Assembly (NCBI GenBank): GCA_036172245.1
Contig: JAYWIR010000018.1
Span: forward strand, 2,170,001-2,234,000
From: Raillietiella orientalis
Lineage: Eukaryota
Length of the DNA stretch: 64,000 nt
Direction of reading: 5' to 3'
Shown here: positions 27,962-41,328 of the stretch, in pieces
Layout: the number at the start of each line of letters is the position of its first letter
Numbering within the stretch: position 1 is the first letter of the stretch
Notes under the pieces: generated by a model
Told to the model about the DNA's origin: nothing
The model's input: only the letters and a program-made list of their open reading frames with translations
Database searches by the model: none
Position numbers and translations under genes: made by a program

Positions 27962-29030
27962 TTTTCACCCGGTCCGGGAGTTTGTTGTAAAACAATTTAC
28001 AAAAAACTGTCTTAATACATAAAAAAATGTTCCTTCCTCTTAGTAGTTTCACAGCACCACTGCGAAGGGAGATGTCTCGGAGGCGCTGCTTCTGGTGAGC
28101 CCCTCCCTCGATGACGTCCTCACAGGAAAAGTGTGGGAAGGGGTCAGCATAAAAACACACACATATACACAAATCCTGTCTTAAAATGTGTTGGGGAGGG
28201 AAGGGAAGGAAAGGGATCACAGATCTCTTCCTGGAGTCTCCAGCATCCTCTGGGGGTTGCCGGCAACTTCCACCTTTAGTTAACAGAGATGTGGCCATTT
28301 TGTCGCGTTCCTCACGAATGAGCAGGAGATTGCGATGACCTCACCGTTCGACCAGCCTCTTTCGGCGCGGCTTCTCGCTGCCACGATCCCAGGAAGGCAG
28401 CGCAGAGCCGCAAGGGAAGCTGCAGGAGACATCGAATCGCGAACGAAGAAGCACTGCAGGACCTCTCTGCCGTTGCCCATCGGGAGTGAAAGGGCAGGAG
28501 CGAAGCGTTCCCAAATGCGTAAAAGGGCAACACGATCCAACAAGAGAGGTGCGGTAAGGTTTCCCGTTTCCCTGCACAGTCTGAGACCCCACATTCCCCT
28601 CGTCCAGTAGTGGACTCGTGCGTGACATGGGATCGCTCAGTGCAGCAACTGCAATGCCGAGTCCTGTCACTCCAGGCGAAGCGTGCAGCTATCCACAAAC
28701 GCTGGGGGAATTCCGGTCGCCTCCAGGGGAATCGCAAGAAGAATCTGCCCAGCGAAGAATTCCTTTTAGGAGGATGGTGAGGGTACATGCGTCAGCCAGT
28801 TGACACGCCATCCAGCATCCCAGCTGCTTCTTTTTTCCCACGATCCAGTGGGATACTTCCCATTCTTGAAGGCACATCGTCATTTCCACTTCGTCGCATG
28901 GTGCCCAGATCAAGGGCAAAGATCCACGGCACGAGGGAGGCGGAATTCACTTGTCTGCAACGCGGCATCTACGCTGTCAGTCGCTGCAGGCGATCCTAGC
29001 AAATCCACGAAAAACCCTGTTGGCATGGTT
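27962..29030 (-). mobile_element. 5'-truncated Tx1/L1-like LINE 3' fragment
   Basis: GECGVSDCAGKRETLPHL zf-RVT motif; terminus AACAAACTCCCGGACCGGGTGAAAA at 27986-27962. Confidence 0.7.
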
Positions 29031-29039
29031 TACCTCCGT

Positions 29040-29936
29040 TGACCCAGTGCTTCCTTCCTAAAGAAGCGAGGGGAAGTCCCAGTCCGGCAAGAAGTCACCT
29101 GCTGTATTGTAGCAAAAAAGAGACTTCTAAGTGCATGGACAACACGGAAACTCACGGACGCTGCGACTCCGAGTGTCCACTCCTAAGAACTCATACACTG
29201 GGGCGAGCTGCTCAGCATTCCTCTGAAGGGGGTGAAGTGGCCTCCAGCGTGCGAGAGCAATCGCATTCTCCTTCTCAAGTGGCAGGAGCTGGCGCTGCTG
29301 GTCTTGCCTGGGGAATCCCACGCAAAGCGCTCCTTCACCATCGGGCCCGGAGAAATGCGGATTGTGACAGATGCAGGAAGATCCTCCCGCACCTGTTTCT
29401 AGACTGTCCTGCCTCCGACTCCTTTGGGATCGCCTCGTGACGTCCCTTGGAATCCCGACTAGCAGTTCCAGGCACATTTGGAAACGCCTCCTCGCAAGTG
29501 TCGCTCTGCTGCCAGCCACATCCCTAGTAGTTCTCTGATGCGTCCGTGGAATTGAGGCAGCCGAGAACACGGGAAGAAGAGGCCAGAATGGAAGGGACGC
29601 CTTCCACTGGGCGCATATCGTCTTGAGGACCACGACGAATGGTTCCACCTGGGTAACATCCGGAGCAGTCTTGCCAGCATCCTGCACAGAATGCAGAGGA
29701 CACTTCGCAGCAAACTTTTCAGGAGAGGAGGTAATCCCTTCCTCTTCTCCATTCTCCCAGAAAAAAATTACGCCTTTGTTTCTCTTGATCTTTCTTTTAG
29801 GTTATTCCCCCTCGCCTTCGCTGCTTAGGGCGAGGTCTGCGTATCCGGAAAGTTTTATGTATCTTGAAGGTGATCCCAGGAAACCTACAAAATTTATTAT
29901 TTTATGATAAATGCCCCTGCAAATTCGGGTGGAAAA
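29040..29936 (+). mobile_element. 5'-truncated Tx1/L1-like LINE 3' fragment
   Basis: NADCDRCRKILPHLFLDCPA zf-RVT motif; terminus GATAAATGCCCCTGCAAATTCGGGTGGAAAA. Confidence 0.7.
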
Positions 29937-31253
29937 CATGAATTTCCTCTTCGCTAGCTCATCGCTCATTCTTCGCTCATTCCATCTGGAACAGCACTTC
30001 TGGCAGTCCGAAACATCGCTGGGTCGGTTCAAGTAGAGTGCGGGCAATCAGGCTTGAGTTTGGCATTCACATAGGTGGCAATGGATCGAAATTATTGTAG
30101 GAGGGGGAACGCAAAAAGACGTCCCACCAAACAATTGAGAATCTCAGTGTAACGGAAACAGGGAATGTGGTTTTCAGGATAATCTTCAGCACATTAAGTT
30201 TTTCAATGGACCTGTTGTTCCGTAAACAGCTTCCAAACAGAAAGGTAGCGACCCAGATAGCAGGTATTGAAAGCCATTGTTCTGGATAGATGCTCTTCGG
30301 CGTCATTCATACTCCGAGAATGGAAATGAAACTGTCCTCAAGTCACGGCGGTTTCTTGCGGATGCCGTCTCGATCGGTGTACTGCTGATCGGAGCTCAAG
30401 GGGCGGTTTACTTCTCTACTCATCATCACGATTCTTCTCTCCCGCTGGTCCCCACCTCGAGGAAGCATCGCAATGGTATTCCGAAGAAATCGAGTGTTCT
30501 AGCCGTGGGCGTGTCCACGTCGAGAATCTGAAAAGTGCGCACAGCGAGTGAACGAAGTGTCACGATTCTCGTGGAGCTGTTGAGGAATTTTCCGAGTTGC
30601 TTTCCTTCACGGTCTCATCTTCTTTACGGTTGCCGTCACCATGCTAAGATTCGATGCTTTCATTTTTGCCATCACTGTTGTGGTGAGCACGTCGTGCCTA
30701 GTGGTGAGGTCCGGGGCACCAGTGAAGCTGATAAAAGTTCTGAGAAATTTTGGGGAGTTCCAGATGAAGGAAAGCACATTGGAACTTCAGATTGGGGCCG
30801 GACAAACGAGCTTCTGGAATTTTGCGATCAGGGAATGTGTGAACATTCACTTCGAGGGTGGAAAGCCAGAGGGAATTGAAAATTAACAGCGAGGTACGGA
30901 AGACAAGGTGCCATCCGATGACGAAGGCGCTAAAAAGGTTAGCATGCTTACATAAATGAACAGGAGGGGAATATTAAAGGAGAGAAACAGCAGCAGTATC
31001 TTCCGTCACGGCCAAATCGCATAACAGCAGAGAATGCTAAAATGCCAAGACTGAAAGGGGATGCCATGGCGGAAGTCTTCGCGACCAGATGAAGCAGGGA
31101 GGAATGAAAATAAATGAAGTTTAAGAGGGAGTTTCTGAGACAACTACAAACTACAGTGGATTGTCTTCTTTTTTTTTTTCTTTTCTTTTTTCATCCTGGC
31201 ACTCCTGCAGGAGATCCACGTGATCGCCGCAGAGGAAACTCCGTAGAGGAACA

Positions 31254-32235
31254 TTTATCACCGAGTCACTCCGGGGCGTTTGTTCCATACAAATGAAGCA
31301 GCTGGAAGCACACTGGTTCCCAGCCGAAGACAAAGGAAGGAAGTTAAGGGAGAAGGTTCACTGGCACTCAGGATCCCTGAAAGCCTGGAAACGGGAGTGA
31401 AGGAACAACATATGGAAATATGGGATGTTGCTCCTTCTTGAGAAATAAAAAACCGGGAAAGTCTAGAAAGGGTGAGAGAGAACAAAAAACAAACAAATAA
31501 GGGGTTGGGTGGGGGCAGGAGTTACCAGAATCGGCCGTTCTTTCTTTTCAGACCAGGTGCTAGATGCTGGAGATCACCTTGTTTTCTTCTTCCAGGTGAG
31601 ACCATTTGCGGTCGTCCTCAAGTCCTCATGCTGCCATCGCGGTGGCCTCCCTTCGCTGCGTCTGCGTCGCAAGCAGATGGCGGGCCGTGGCGATGGCGCA
31701 AATACATCTCGTCCCTCGGATGTACAAAGAACCTCCGCAGCAGGTCGCGGGTGATGCCCTGCTGGTGCGAGAGCGCTGATGCCAGCCTCCGTCACAGTTC
31801 TGGAGACCACCGCAGTCCAAAAGCAGGTGCGGGATCGAATCCATCGACCCGCTCCTGACCAGCACAGATTGGGGTATTGGAGACGAGGCGCGGACCTCAC
31901 TGAAGTCCTCAGTGCAGAAACAGCAGAACAGCCTGTCTCCAGCTTAAGGGGAACACGGAAGTGTTGAAGCATCGAGGAGGGACCACAAGTTCTTCGGAGA
32001 CGGCACCTAACAGTTCGGACCACCGAAGGGATCCCTTCGTCTGGATGAGCGAAGTAGCAGCGTCCACCAGCTCGCTCATCTTCCAGCCGCCCAGGAGTTT
32101 CGTGTCTCCTGCAATGGTGTAGAACTCCCACCCGCCGGTAGGCAGCTGCTGTCACTTGCCCCCAGGGCAAGCAGCTGTGAATTTGAACGAATGTGCGACG
32201 CGTTTTGATCAGAATAGGACAGCGCACGGGCATCT
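31254..32235 (-). mobile_element. 5'-truncated Tx1/L1-like LINE 3' fragment
   Basis: SMDSIPHLLLDCGGLQ motif; terminus AACAAACGCCCCGGAGTGACTCGGTGATAAA at 31284-31254. Confidence 0.7.
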
Positions 32236-33789
32236 AGAACCAGCATTTGCTTTGGAATGAGAATTTTCAGAAAAAACTACTAACACACCTTTCTATATTG
32301 GATTTTCTACAATGCATATATATGTACTGTATTCATTATTTATTAATGCGACGATAAACAAATGAACATATGATACTTGCATAAATGATGAATAATAACG
32401 ATAAATAAAAAGGGATTAATGAAGATCATAATATGTATACTAGAGGCAATTATTATCATTAAGGCTGTAGGCATTTAGATTCTGGTAAAGCAATGATGCT
32501 GTTCCCAAGCGTTTCTGAGGAATAAATGAAGACTACCATATTATAATATACTATACGTCAGCACCAGATTTTGTGGGGGATCAGTCTCGAAGAGAGATGA
32601 AAATGATAGTTCAAAGAGCTAAGCAGAAGAGTGAGGGAATTTCTAAACTGAGTCTACGAACTTAAGACGAAGGGGTTTTGCCCGTGTGCGCAGGCCAGTG
32701 CTCCCAGATAACTCTGCACAGTATGCGGAGAAATGCTAATGAATGGTTATCTTAGTTTATAAGAATATCACTGCCAAGATGAACTACCTTTTTTCTCTTC
32801 TTTCCTTTTGGGAAGAAATTTGTAAACGTGTTTAGAAAAGCTGCGGAGAGATGCATTTTTCCATACGCGCTGCTACTGTGACTGATCGATAAAACAAATT
32901 AGAAAAATGGACGTATTAGGAAGGAGGAAGAGGTTTTGCAAGCTTAATTTTCTATTTTTAAACAGACATTCCAATAAAATGTACTGGGTTGAATACATCT
33001 TTGGCGAACTTGCGACACCGAAGCAAACAGCATTGATCCACGAGACCATCTGAAGTCTCCGAAGTGATTTCCCAAGACCTAATCGCAGGGGCCAACGAGC
33101 ACTTCTTTTCCCTCTGAATCAACTTTTTCTGTCAGAACGCATTTCCAATGCTCGTGCTGATTCATTCCTCCAAATGGTCCAGTTGATGTTCGCGTAAATT
33201 TTGCGCTACAACTGGTCAGGAGAGGAGGTAAGAAAAATGGAGCCAGAAGATGCGTGCCTTTTGCCTCGATCCGTTCCTAAAAGAAATTTCACGCGAATGC
33301 TCAGCCCATCTACAAAGCTGAAGAAAAAAACCAAAAACAAAAGGAAAAGATCTTATAGATTCCAGGAAATCAGCTTGTTAGACAAATAGCGAAAAGGTGT
33401 ATCTTTACTCTCAAACTCGAGATCAGGTCCAGCAAATGACGAGTTTCTAGAAGTAAGAAATGTACGCGTCCGCACGCATCTGGTCAATCAAGTCTAAGTC
33501 GCAGGGAGAATCAATTCTCTGTACCACTCTTCCAGGGAGAGAAAAAAAAAAAAAAAAAAAAGTTACGAACCGCTGCGTCGAAAACATTTGCCCACGTCGC
33601 GTTTTAGAGCTTGGAGGAGGAGTCGAAATGTACCGGAAAATCAACGGATGCTTCTGCCTTTCTATTTTATCCGCAGCTTGCCGAGATTCTGCAGCAAAGT
33701 CACACTTTGGCTTTCCGTGTTCGAAAGGACGGCATTTCACGGATGCAGCCGAATGGTCCAGGGGCCACACCCCACCCCACTTTGAACCC

Positions 33790-36365
33790 AAGATGAAACG
33801 TGTGAATCTTGTGCATCCATTCGAACGAGGTGCCGAGAGATCAAGCTGACCCGGTGTCGATGCAACCCAAAGATCACCCTGGGCGTGTTCTGTGTGCGAG
33901 AGCTTCAATTTTTGGAAAGGAACAACCAAACAACTGGAACAGCAGTGCGTACTCTTTAGCACGGACATCACGTAACGCATCGTGATGCGGCTACATCGTC
34001 AAGCCCAGATGTCTCATCACTACAGAAAACATGCGGATGCAGCGTGGATTCATCGCTACTGAATGCTCCGAGAAAACGTCAGGGACCTGTCAGAACCACG
34101 AGCAAAAGAAGCTGTAAAGGGCATCCTTGGGAACGCGTTGTGGTTTCGTGTCCTTCCCACTGGAGCATCCATCATGGAAGGTTTCCCAGAACGAACTGGC
34201 CATCAGTCAGTTGTGTCACATCTCAGGATCAACTCTCCTCGTCTCCTACTCTGGCCCCTTCCACTCGCAGTAATCTCTTTCGGACTTTGCATCACTGAAG
34301 CCATCCTTCAAAGGGGACACGCTCCTTCTCGGAGAGATGCTCCGGATTGCATGCCCAGTCTGCTGACACCTGTATGTTCCCTCCTCCGCTTCAGATAGAC
34401 TTCATCCTCATCCACCTCCACTGTCTCATCTGTAGCTTTTCGTACAAAAATCTTTTCGTACAAAGCCATGGATGCTCCCAGGGAAAACCTCACCCTCAGA
34501 GAACCTCCTGCCTCCTCGTAAAGTCAGGTGGGATGGAAGTCTCCTCGTGAACACGTGATCCATGTCAGCTTTAATGTGGAATGCAAAAGCAGCGTTGGTT
34601 CAGCCGGAGAGCAGCTATGCGAGCTATCATCGGTTTAGCAGATAGCCACTGCCAGCTTCCTATTTACACCAATAACGATGAGCTCCTGATGAGATCGCTA
34701 CTGGTCTTATTAGAAAAAAAAAAAAAGAAAATCAAAGTAGAAGAGTACTTCGAGTCTACCATCAGTATCAAAACCGATGCTTCTCTATCAGAAAATTGAG
34801 GGGAGCGGTCCCATCTTGCCGATCGACTTCACGCCGTTCACAATGCAGGCAGCGTGCCTGGGATCCAGCGTAGAGCAGAGGATTCCTCGCCTGCAGCCGG
34901 CGGATTCACTTCCACTGACAGGAGATACGAATCAGGGACAATATACCCCGTCCCCTTAACATCCACCCGCGGACGAAGAAGGTCCATCAGTGGTGGTGGC
35001 AACATTCCCGAGCCACTGCACCACCTAAAAGATCTCCGGCGCCAAACGAAATCGCAAACTGGAGTGCGACTCCCATAGGCAAGTCCACATATCGATTGTA
35101 TGTGAGGTGTTTATCCCGCAGGCTTCGCGACCGAATGATTGATTATAAAATTATTTCACCGCAAAAGGGGGAGGGAGCAAGAATCTACGAGGCTAGAAGG
35201 TGCTCATAGCATTTGCTTCGTATCCATAAATCTCTTCGATGCCTTCCAGACAAGACTCCAGCAAACCCATCGTGATGCACTGTGAAAAGCGTGGATCGGA
35301 GATGTCTCCTTGGAAATCGTCGGTGATCTATAAAAAGGGAGTTTTGTGAGTCCCTCCCATCAGTTCGCCAAACGACTTCAAAGTCTGAAATCTGAGACTG
35401 AATCCAGAATGTACTCCTGCTCTACTCTCTTGCCTTCAGCAAAGAAGTGGTCCAAAAGAGAGTCGTCGAACCGCCAAGAGATGAGAATCCAACGGATTTC
35501 ATGATGGGGACTTTGTCGGGAAAATTCGTGGAGCGCAGACGGGGCATTGAGAGCCCAAGGTCCAGAGGAAGAAGAGCCTCGAAGAGAACAGAAGGTCGCT
35601 GGAAGTTTACTGATGGAGAGTCCAGCATAACGGTCGACGGCGTCATCTTCAGCAGCAGCATGAGGAGAAAGTTTACTTCGGGCTTAAGAACATTGCAGAG
35701 AGCACGCGTGGTGATCCCTCGTTCAAGAGCACCTCAGTCAAGGGAGAGCCATGCAGTGTGTGGGAAAAAAAATGCACCAGCTTCAAGCTTCTTCCTCACC
35801 AGTGGAAAATTCCTGAGGTTACAGGACTACAGATTCTCCCACGCAGCCCGACGAAATGTCCTATCGGTCAGGGCCGGATCGAGGATGAAACCAGAGGAAC
35901 GCTCATGTCAGCGCTCCCGTATGGAAGACGAAACGTTGCCTCACATACTGAACAGATGCAGGAAGCATTCTCATCTGCGTGACATAAGGCGATCCAAGAA
36001 ATGATCAGCATAGCCACGGTGGATGAGAAAAAGTGGACATTAGTGTCCACCAACCAGAGAGCTCCAGGAATGGATTCTCCTATGTGACCAGAACTGGTAC
36101 TGCAGAAAAGAAATCGAATAGCGGTGCTGGACATTCGCTGCCTGTTCGATGGTGGAAAGAAGACGTTAATCACAGCTAGGAGGAACAAGCTGGAAAAGTA
36201 GGAGGAAGTAGCCCTCCAGCTAGGCAGAGAGGGGAAACAGTGCAAGGTGCATGCTCTCGTCGTTGACTCACTGGGAGTCTGGGAACGAGGTAACCAAGAA
36301 GTGCTGCAGGATCATAGAATTCTTAAAAAGCACTCAAAGAAGGTGTTTGAACTTGATTGAGCTGG
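33790..36365 (+). mobile_element. Degenerate, internally deleted NeSL/Utopia-like non-LTR retrotransposon with restriction-like endonuclease
   Basis: N-terminal zinc-finger-like CLICSFSYKNLFVQSHGCSQG; RT echoes TPIGKSTYRLY, IISPQKG, INLFDAF (35070-35250); CCHC ETLPHILNRC; PD-(D/E)xK region *PELVLQ...VLDIRCLFDGG...ARRNKLEK*...ALVVDSLGVWERGN (36085-36295). Confidence 0.75.
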
Positions 36366-36589
36366 GACTTTTATTTTGAAACAGAAACAAAATAAACTAC
36401 GAGGAGTAGGGAAAGAAGGGTAACCTCTCAGAAACACGAAACGCCAAAAAAGAGAAAAGTCCACCCGAGATATCACTGGCGCGCAAGCCGGCTTCTAAAA
36501 ACTAAGGAACGGAGGGAGGGGACAATAGATAAATGAAAAAAAAAAAAAAAAGCCAAAAGGATGGAGACCGGGGTCTTTGGTATGTAACA

Positions 36590-37641
36590 TTCCTTAATTT
36601 TAAAAGGCAACTGTGGATGCTGGCGATCTTCCTGGAGACTTTTTCTGGCAGATGAGACCACCTTGCTGCTGCCCTTCTGAGGGTTGCTGCCATGCTGGTG
36701 GCCTCTCTTCGCCGCGAACTCGATTCCAGCACATGGCAGACTATAACTATGACGAGCATGCAAAAGATCGTTGCGATCGCAGCACCTCATTGGGAGGTTT
36801 CCTGCGAGATCTGGGCCCGCAGGAAGCCTATCGGTGGCTGGACACCGCGTGAGCTGGCTGGCGCAGCCGTCTCCAAAGGACTGGAACGTTGGGGCGAACT
36901 CTTCTCCATTCAGCCCGAAGAGTTGGAAGTGACCCCCGGGTTTCTAGACAGGAAGCTGCTTCCCCTCAAGTGGCAGAAATCGGCGCTGGAGTCTTCCGTG
37001 CAATGCGCGCCAGCACTACTGGGCGAGGGGAAGAGCATCGCCGCACTGTGTCAGGTGTGGAGAGAAGGAGACTTTCACCCACCTCATAGTGGAGTGTGTC
37101 GCCCTCCGGGAATTGTGGGAACGTTTCTTTGCGTCCCTTCCGCACCCCGTGGACGATCCCAGAGACTCTTTAAGGCCTTTCTTCGTGTGGGATGCCATGA
37201 CGCCCGCAGCCGCCATCGCAGCTCTGTGCTGCGTGCGCGGTGCCGTCACAGCAAAGTGCGACATCAAGAAAGGCCAGAGCGAAGGGGGGAGAGCTGCCCT
37301 GCACGCCATCCACTTCCTGCAGATAGCTTTGAGGTGGCCCCACCTGGAAAGGGAGAAGGAGCAGCTCGCCGGCATCCTTCAACGGATGCAGAGGCCTCAC
37401 CCACCGCGAAATGTGATCCCTTCCCTTCCTCCCAACTAATTTTGTTTGTTTTTTGTTTTTTTGTTGTTTCCTATAATTTGTTTTCATTTTCTATTTTTGT
37501 TTTATTCCCCTTTCCCTTTGTGGACGTGATGGACCTCTCAGGTCCCCCCTTTCTTTCTAGTGCAATAATTGGAATTGGTGGGCATCGGCTCCATCGCTTT
37601 CCTGTAAGAGAATAAAGGCCCCGGCGCACGCGGGTGTGAAA
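36590..37641 (+). mobile_element. 5'-truncated Tx1/L1-like LINE 3' fragment
   Basis: LCQVWRE...HL.VECVALRELW...RWPHLEREKEQL C-terminus, matching WPHLEEETKEEL at ~9940; T-rich UTR; terminus AATAAAGGCCCCGGCGCACGCGGGTGTGAAA. Confidence 0.7.
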
Positions 37642-38109
37642 TCACAGCACCCTTCTTTAGTCCGCTTCCGGTGAAGAAGCGTCGCATCAAGGAGAAGATG
37701 AAGCATCGGGTGGGTGGCTTCGTACATCCGGTACTCCAGTCACATCTACGCAGCCCACATCACACAAAAGACCTAAAATCAGATACGGCCGGAGTACTCC
37801 AATGGTCAGCTCTAGCGAGACGGAGAACAAGGCTCTGAGGAAGCAAGCAACAGACTGAGGGGTGACGAGAGCTCCAGATGGAAAGACGGGGAATCCCGGA
37901 AGAATGTCAAGAGCCTCTCCTGTAACGTAATGTAAAATTGTAAATTTAAGCAATAAAAGATTGCCCGCTATATAGCATCGCGATTGCATCGATTTTACAG
38001 AAGCTGGAAGAATCCTTTGGAGGAGGGAAGCTAAACAGGAAGCTGCTTCTAGACTCAGGAGGGAAAAATGCCCTGTGTGGAACGGCGCTACGCATCCAGA
38101 TGATTCTTG

Positions 38110-38445
38110 CATACTGGGAGTCACCTGAGATTTCCCGACCATCGCTTAATGCATGATGCTCTATTGGACCGCGGGCAATTGGTCCAACCGAGCAGCGAGA
38201 AGACCGAATGTGATTGGTGTGTTCGATACGATAGGAGCTCGTCCTTGATGCGCATCCTCGATCGTTGCGTGAGGGATTCCATCTCCATTGCTAAGAGACG
38301 TGAACAATCCGCTCAGATGCATCAAGGAAGCAACACAAAGATAACGGATGCTGGTGACTTGAAACTTCGTCCGGCCCGGTGCCAGAGCGGAAATCGAGAG
38401 TCGCCTGACGTGAGAGAACGCAGCAACACTTTGGAAGAATGGTGA
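38110..38445 (+). mobile_element. Possible CCHC/RLE relic of an R2/NeSL-type element
   Basis: ECDWC...LMRILDRC...IAKRRE...LKLRPA resembles CxxC..ETL.HIL..C...I..RH...LRPD. Confidence 0.35.
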
Positions 38446-41123
38446 AAAAGAAAAGTGAAAAACTCTAGAGAACTCTTTCTCCTGCTCAAAGACAGAGGAA
38501 TGTCGGCTTTGGTAAGAGCACTGGGAGTTTAAGACGAAGACGAAAGACGAAGTGCCGAGGGAACTCGAGGTTCCACGCAGAAAGCAGGAAGAGGAGGATG
38601 GCCTGCGTCCGTAGCCAGCGTATACGGAAGGTTTACCAAGTACACTTCGGTCACCATCCAGAATGAGCAACTGTCAGCGCACCTTCTGCAGGATAGCAAA
38701 ATGATGGAGTGTCCCTCCCAGCCTCCCGACGTCCCAGTGTACGCAGAAGTTCAAGGCGCACGTTGATGCAGCTGGGATCAAGAATCGAAACGCGCGTCTG
38801 AATAAAGTACGCAGCTCGTCTCTCGGTGAGCCTGCAGGAGGAGACTGATCCGACCGTCCTTCGGCTCGGGTAGATCTCCCTCCTCCAACGGCTCTGTCCT
38901 GGCGGTTGGGCTAAGGCTCGACGCTTGAGCTCCATTCATTTTCAGAGCCGCTTGCTTCAGCAGCTGAGTCGTTGTCGACATTCCTTAGCGGATTCCGACT
39001 TCCATGGCCAACTTGCTGCTGTCCATAGCAACCAACACCTTTCAGAGTCGCATAGGGTGCTGTAGCCCAACGTTTGATTCATCCCACAGTGCCAGTTCTG
39101 CTTACCAAAATGGACCCACTGTACGCTCATAGATCCGACAGTCCCAGCTTCAGCTTTCAAGAAAGACGGACTTCTCACCCATTCGAAGTTTGAGAATAGG
39201 TCGAGGCCATTTTGGCCCGGGGTTTCCCAATCATTCGATTTACCAGATGAGACTCCATTCTTTTTCTGCTTCAGCGAGCGCCAGCTATCCTGAGGGAAAC
39301 TTCGGAGCAAACCAGCAGCCACTAGAGAGTTCGATTCGTCTTTCACATCTACGCCCAGCTCTCAAGATCACTTTGCACGTTGGAATCTCTGCGGACCTCC
39401 ACCAGATTTGCCTCTGGCTTCTCCCTGGTCAGGCACAGATCCACCATCTTTCATTTGTTCCAAGGGGATGTTCTCAGGAATCCCTCTTTCCCTGGGGCTT
39501 TCGGAAATTCCATGGTTCTGAAAGTTTGCGCTTTGGTAGAGGTGTCGTGGCTGTTCGGCAGGCGTCCTCCTCATTACTCCCGGGACTCAACTCACAGGAA
39601 CCCTAAGCAGTCATTGAGCCTCTCGGAAGCCTCCCAGGTCAGGGATGGGTCAAGGGGTCAGAGGAGTGCACGGTTCCCAGCTGCCTCCCAAACTCTCCTT
39701 TGGTCAGAAGAGACCACGCTGCCACCCGTCCTGCCAACCGCAAGCCAATTCTTCCAGCCAATTCTGGATTTTCCCCCTTCCCCTTCCAGATCGCGACAGA
39801 CGTAGTCGTGAAGCAGGAACCGTGGCGTGCCGCGGACAGCTCGGGGTTCCCATGGACCCGCGAAAGATGAGATGAGATGCATCAGATGGGAGTTCAGTCT
39901 GAACATTTCGGCTGCTTTTTTCTACCAGAGCCTTCTATTCGCTGCAGCAAGATCAATTGTTTTTCCTATCTCCACAGCTCGAAGGTAAACGATGCCAAGG
40001 GATGATCTGGGATCACGCGCCTTGGAATCGGGCGAGCGTTCCAGTTGCAACGGAGCTGCAGCCAAAACCTGTCTCTGAACGGCAGGAAAATAGGCAACCG
40101 GACGAACAGTAGCACCGACGGAGCTTCTCGCAGATGTGTTGCCAGGTAACAGACCTGGATCTTGCGTCCCGGAAAGCTTTTCGGGGCAACGCCTCTGTTT
40201 GCCGCCTGGTCTGCATGCGCGTGCTCTCTCCCTCTTAGCAGGAGAGGCGAAATCTCCTCAACTTCTAAAACGAAAGTGGATCTTCCTTTTCCGGAGGAAT
40301 GCAAGGAGCTCATCCTAGGCGCGCGAAAGAAGAAATCCGGGAGGAATCGTCTGCTGTCCGACTGTTTGGGATGTTGCGGCGGGATAGAAGCTTCCCCGTG
40401 ACGGCTCCGGAATCAACCGGGGTGCTCCACCCGTAGATCGATTTCTTTGTCAAAGCAGTTCCCTCGGGAGACAAAAGCGCTGATCGCTTCGGGGGGAGGC
40501 TGGGTAGAGAGGGGCTCCTCAAGGAGGGAGATTCGGTGGCCGAGGTCTCCGGGGATATCTCGTCCCTCTCTTCGTGCGGAAGACGAAGCGAGAGGGTGAA
40601 GAGACGGGGGGAAGTCTTCCGGAGAGGATCTCGGAGACGGCGCGGAGAGGGTTCCGGCGAAAGGGGTTCCAAGGGACCTCGGGAACCAGGGGGACGGAAG
40701 TCCCGGAAGAGGATTCAGGAACGTTCAAAGGGTTGATCGAAGGAGACGGCCGGAGGGGATCGCTTTGCGCTGACGTCTCTCGCCTCCAGGATAACCAAGA
40801 AGCGTGAAGGGGGTGGGTGCTCCCGATCATAGATCAGGAAACGGTCAGGTTGGATCAGGAGCCTCGGGTGTCCCGTGGGGCGAAACAGAGAAAAAGGGAA
40901 ATGAAGCGAGAAGAGAAGTCACATGGTTTTCCACGCAGGGCAAACATGGGCTCGAAGCTGCCGTGTCTGGGGACTGCGGAGGGCGAAGGACACGCCAGCA
41001 GAGGACTGCAGCGACTTGAAGCGGGCAAGGGCCGAACCATGGAGGCAGCGAAGGGGGATCCCCACTATTCCAATCGTTCGATCTCATCCCGGAAGAAAAA
41101 AGGGAGGATGTGTGGAAGCGTAT

Positions 41124-41328
41124 CATTTGAACCTCTTGGAGGGAGAGGAAGGCATTTTCGGGTAAAGGACATGAGGAGAGGTGCGTCCCGGAAAGACAAT
41201 GTGGAAGAACATCAGGGCTCTCCGAAGGGAAGGTCCGGGAAAAGAACTCGAGACTCCCTCACAACGCCCCTTCCTTCCCCGACCAACTCAATCTCCCCTG
41301 CCGGCCCTCGTACCCTGACGAAAACGAA
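41124..41328 (+). repeat. Inverted partial copy of 43408-44160 (LINE ORF1-like sequence) with an internal deletion
   Basis: 41124-41217 matches the reverse complement of 44160-44068, and 41213-41328 matches the reverse complement of 43523-43408. The ORF track shows the same peptides (GRHFRVKDMRRGASRK; GSPKGRSGKR.RDSLTTPLPSPTNSISPA). Confidence 0.9.

Noticed and set aside
32640..33300. Possible piggyBac relic (DEGVLP..., YNWSGEEVRKME)
   Set aside because: Only vague similarity; no TTAA-bounded TIRs identified
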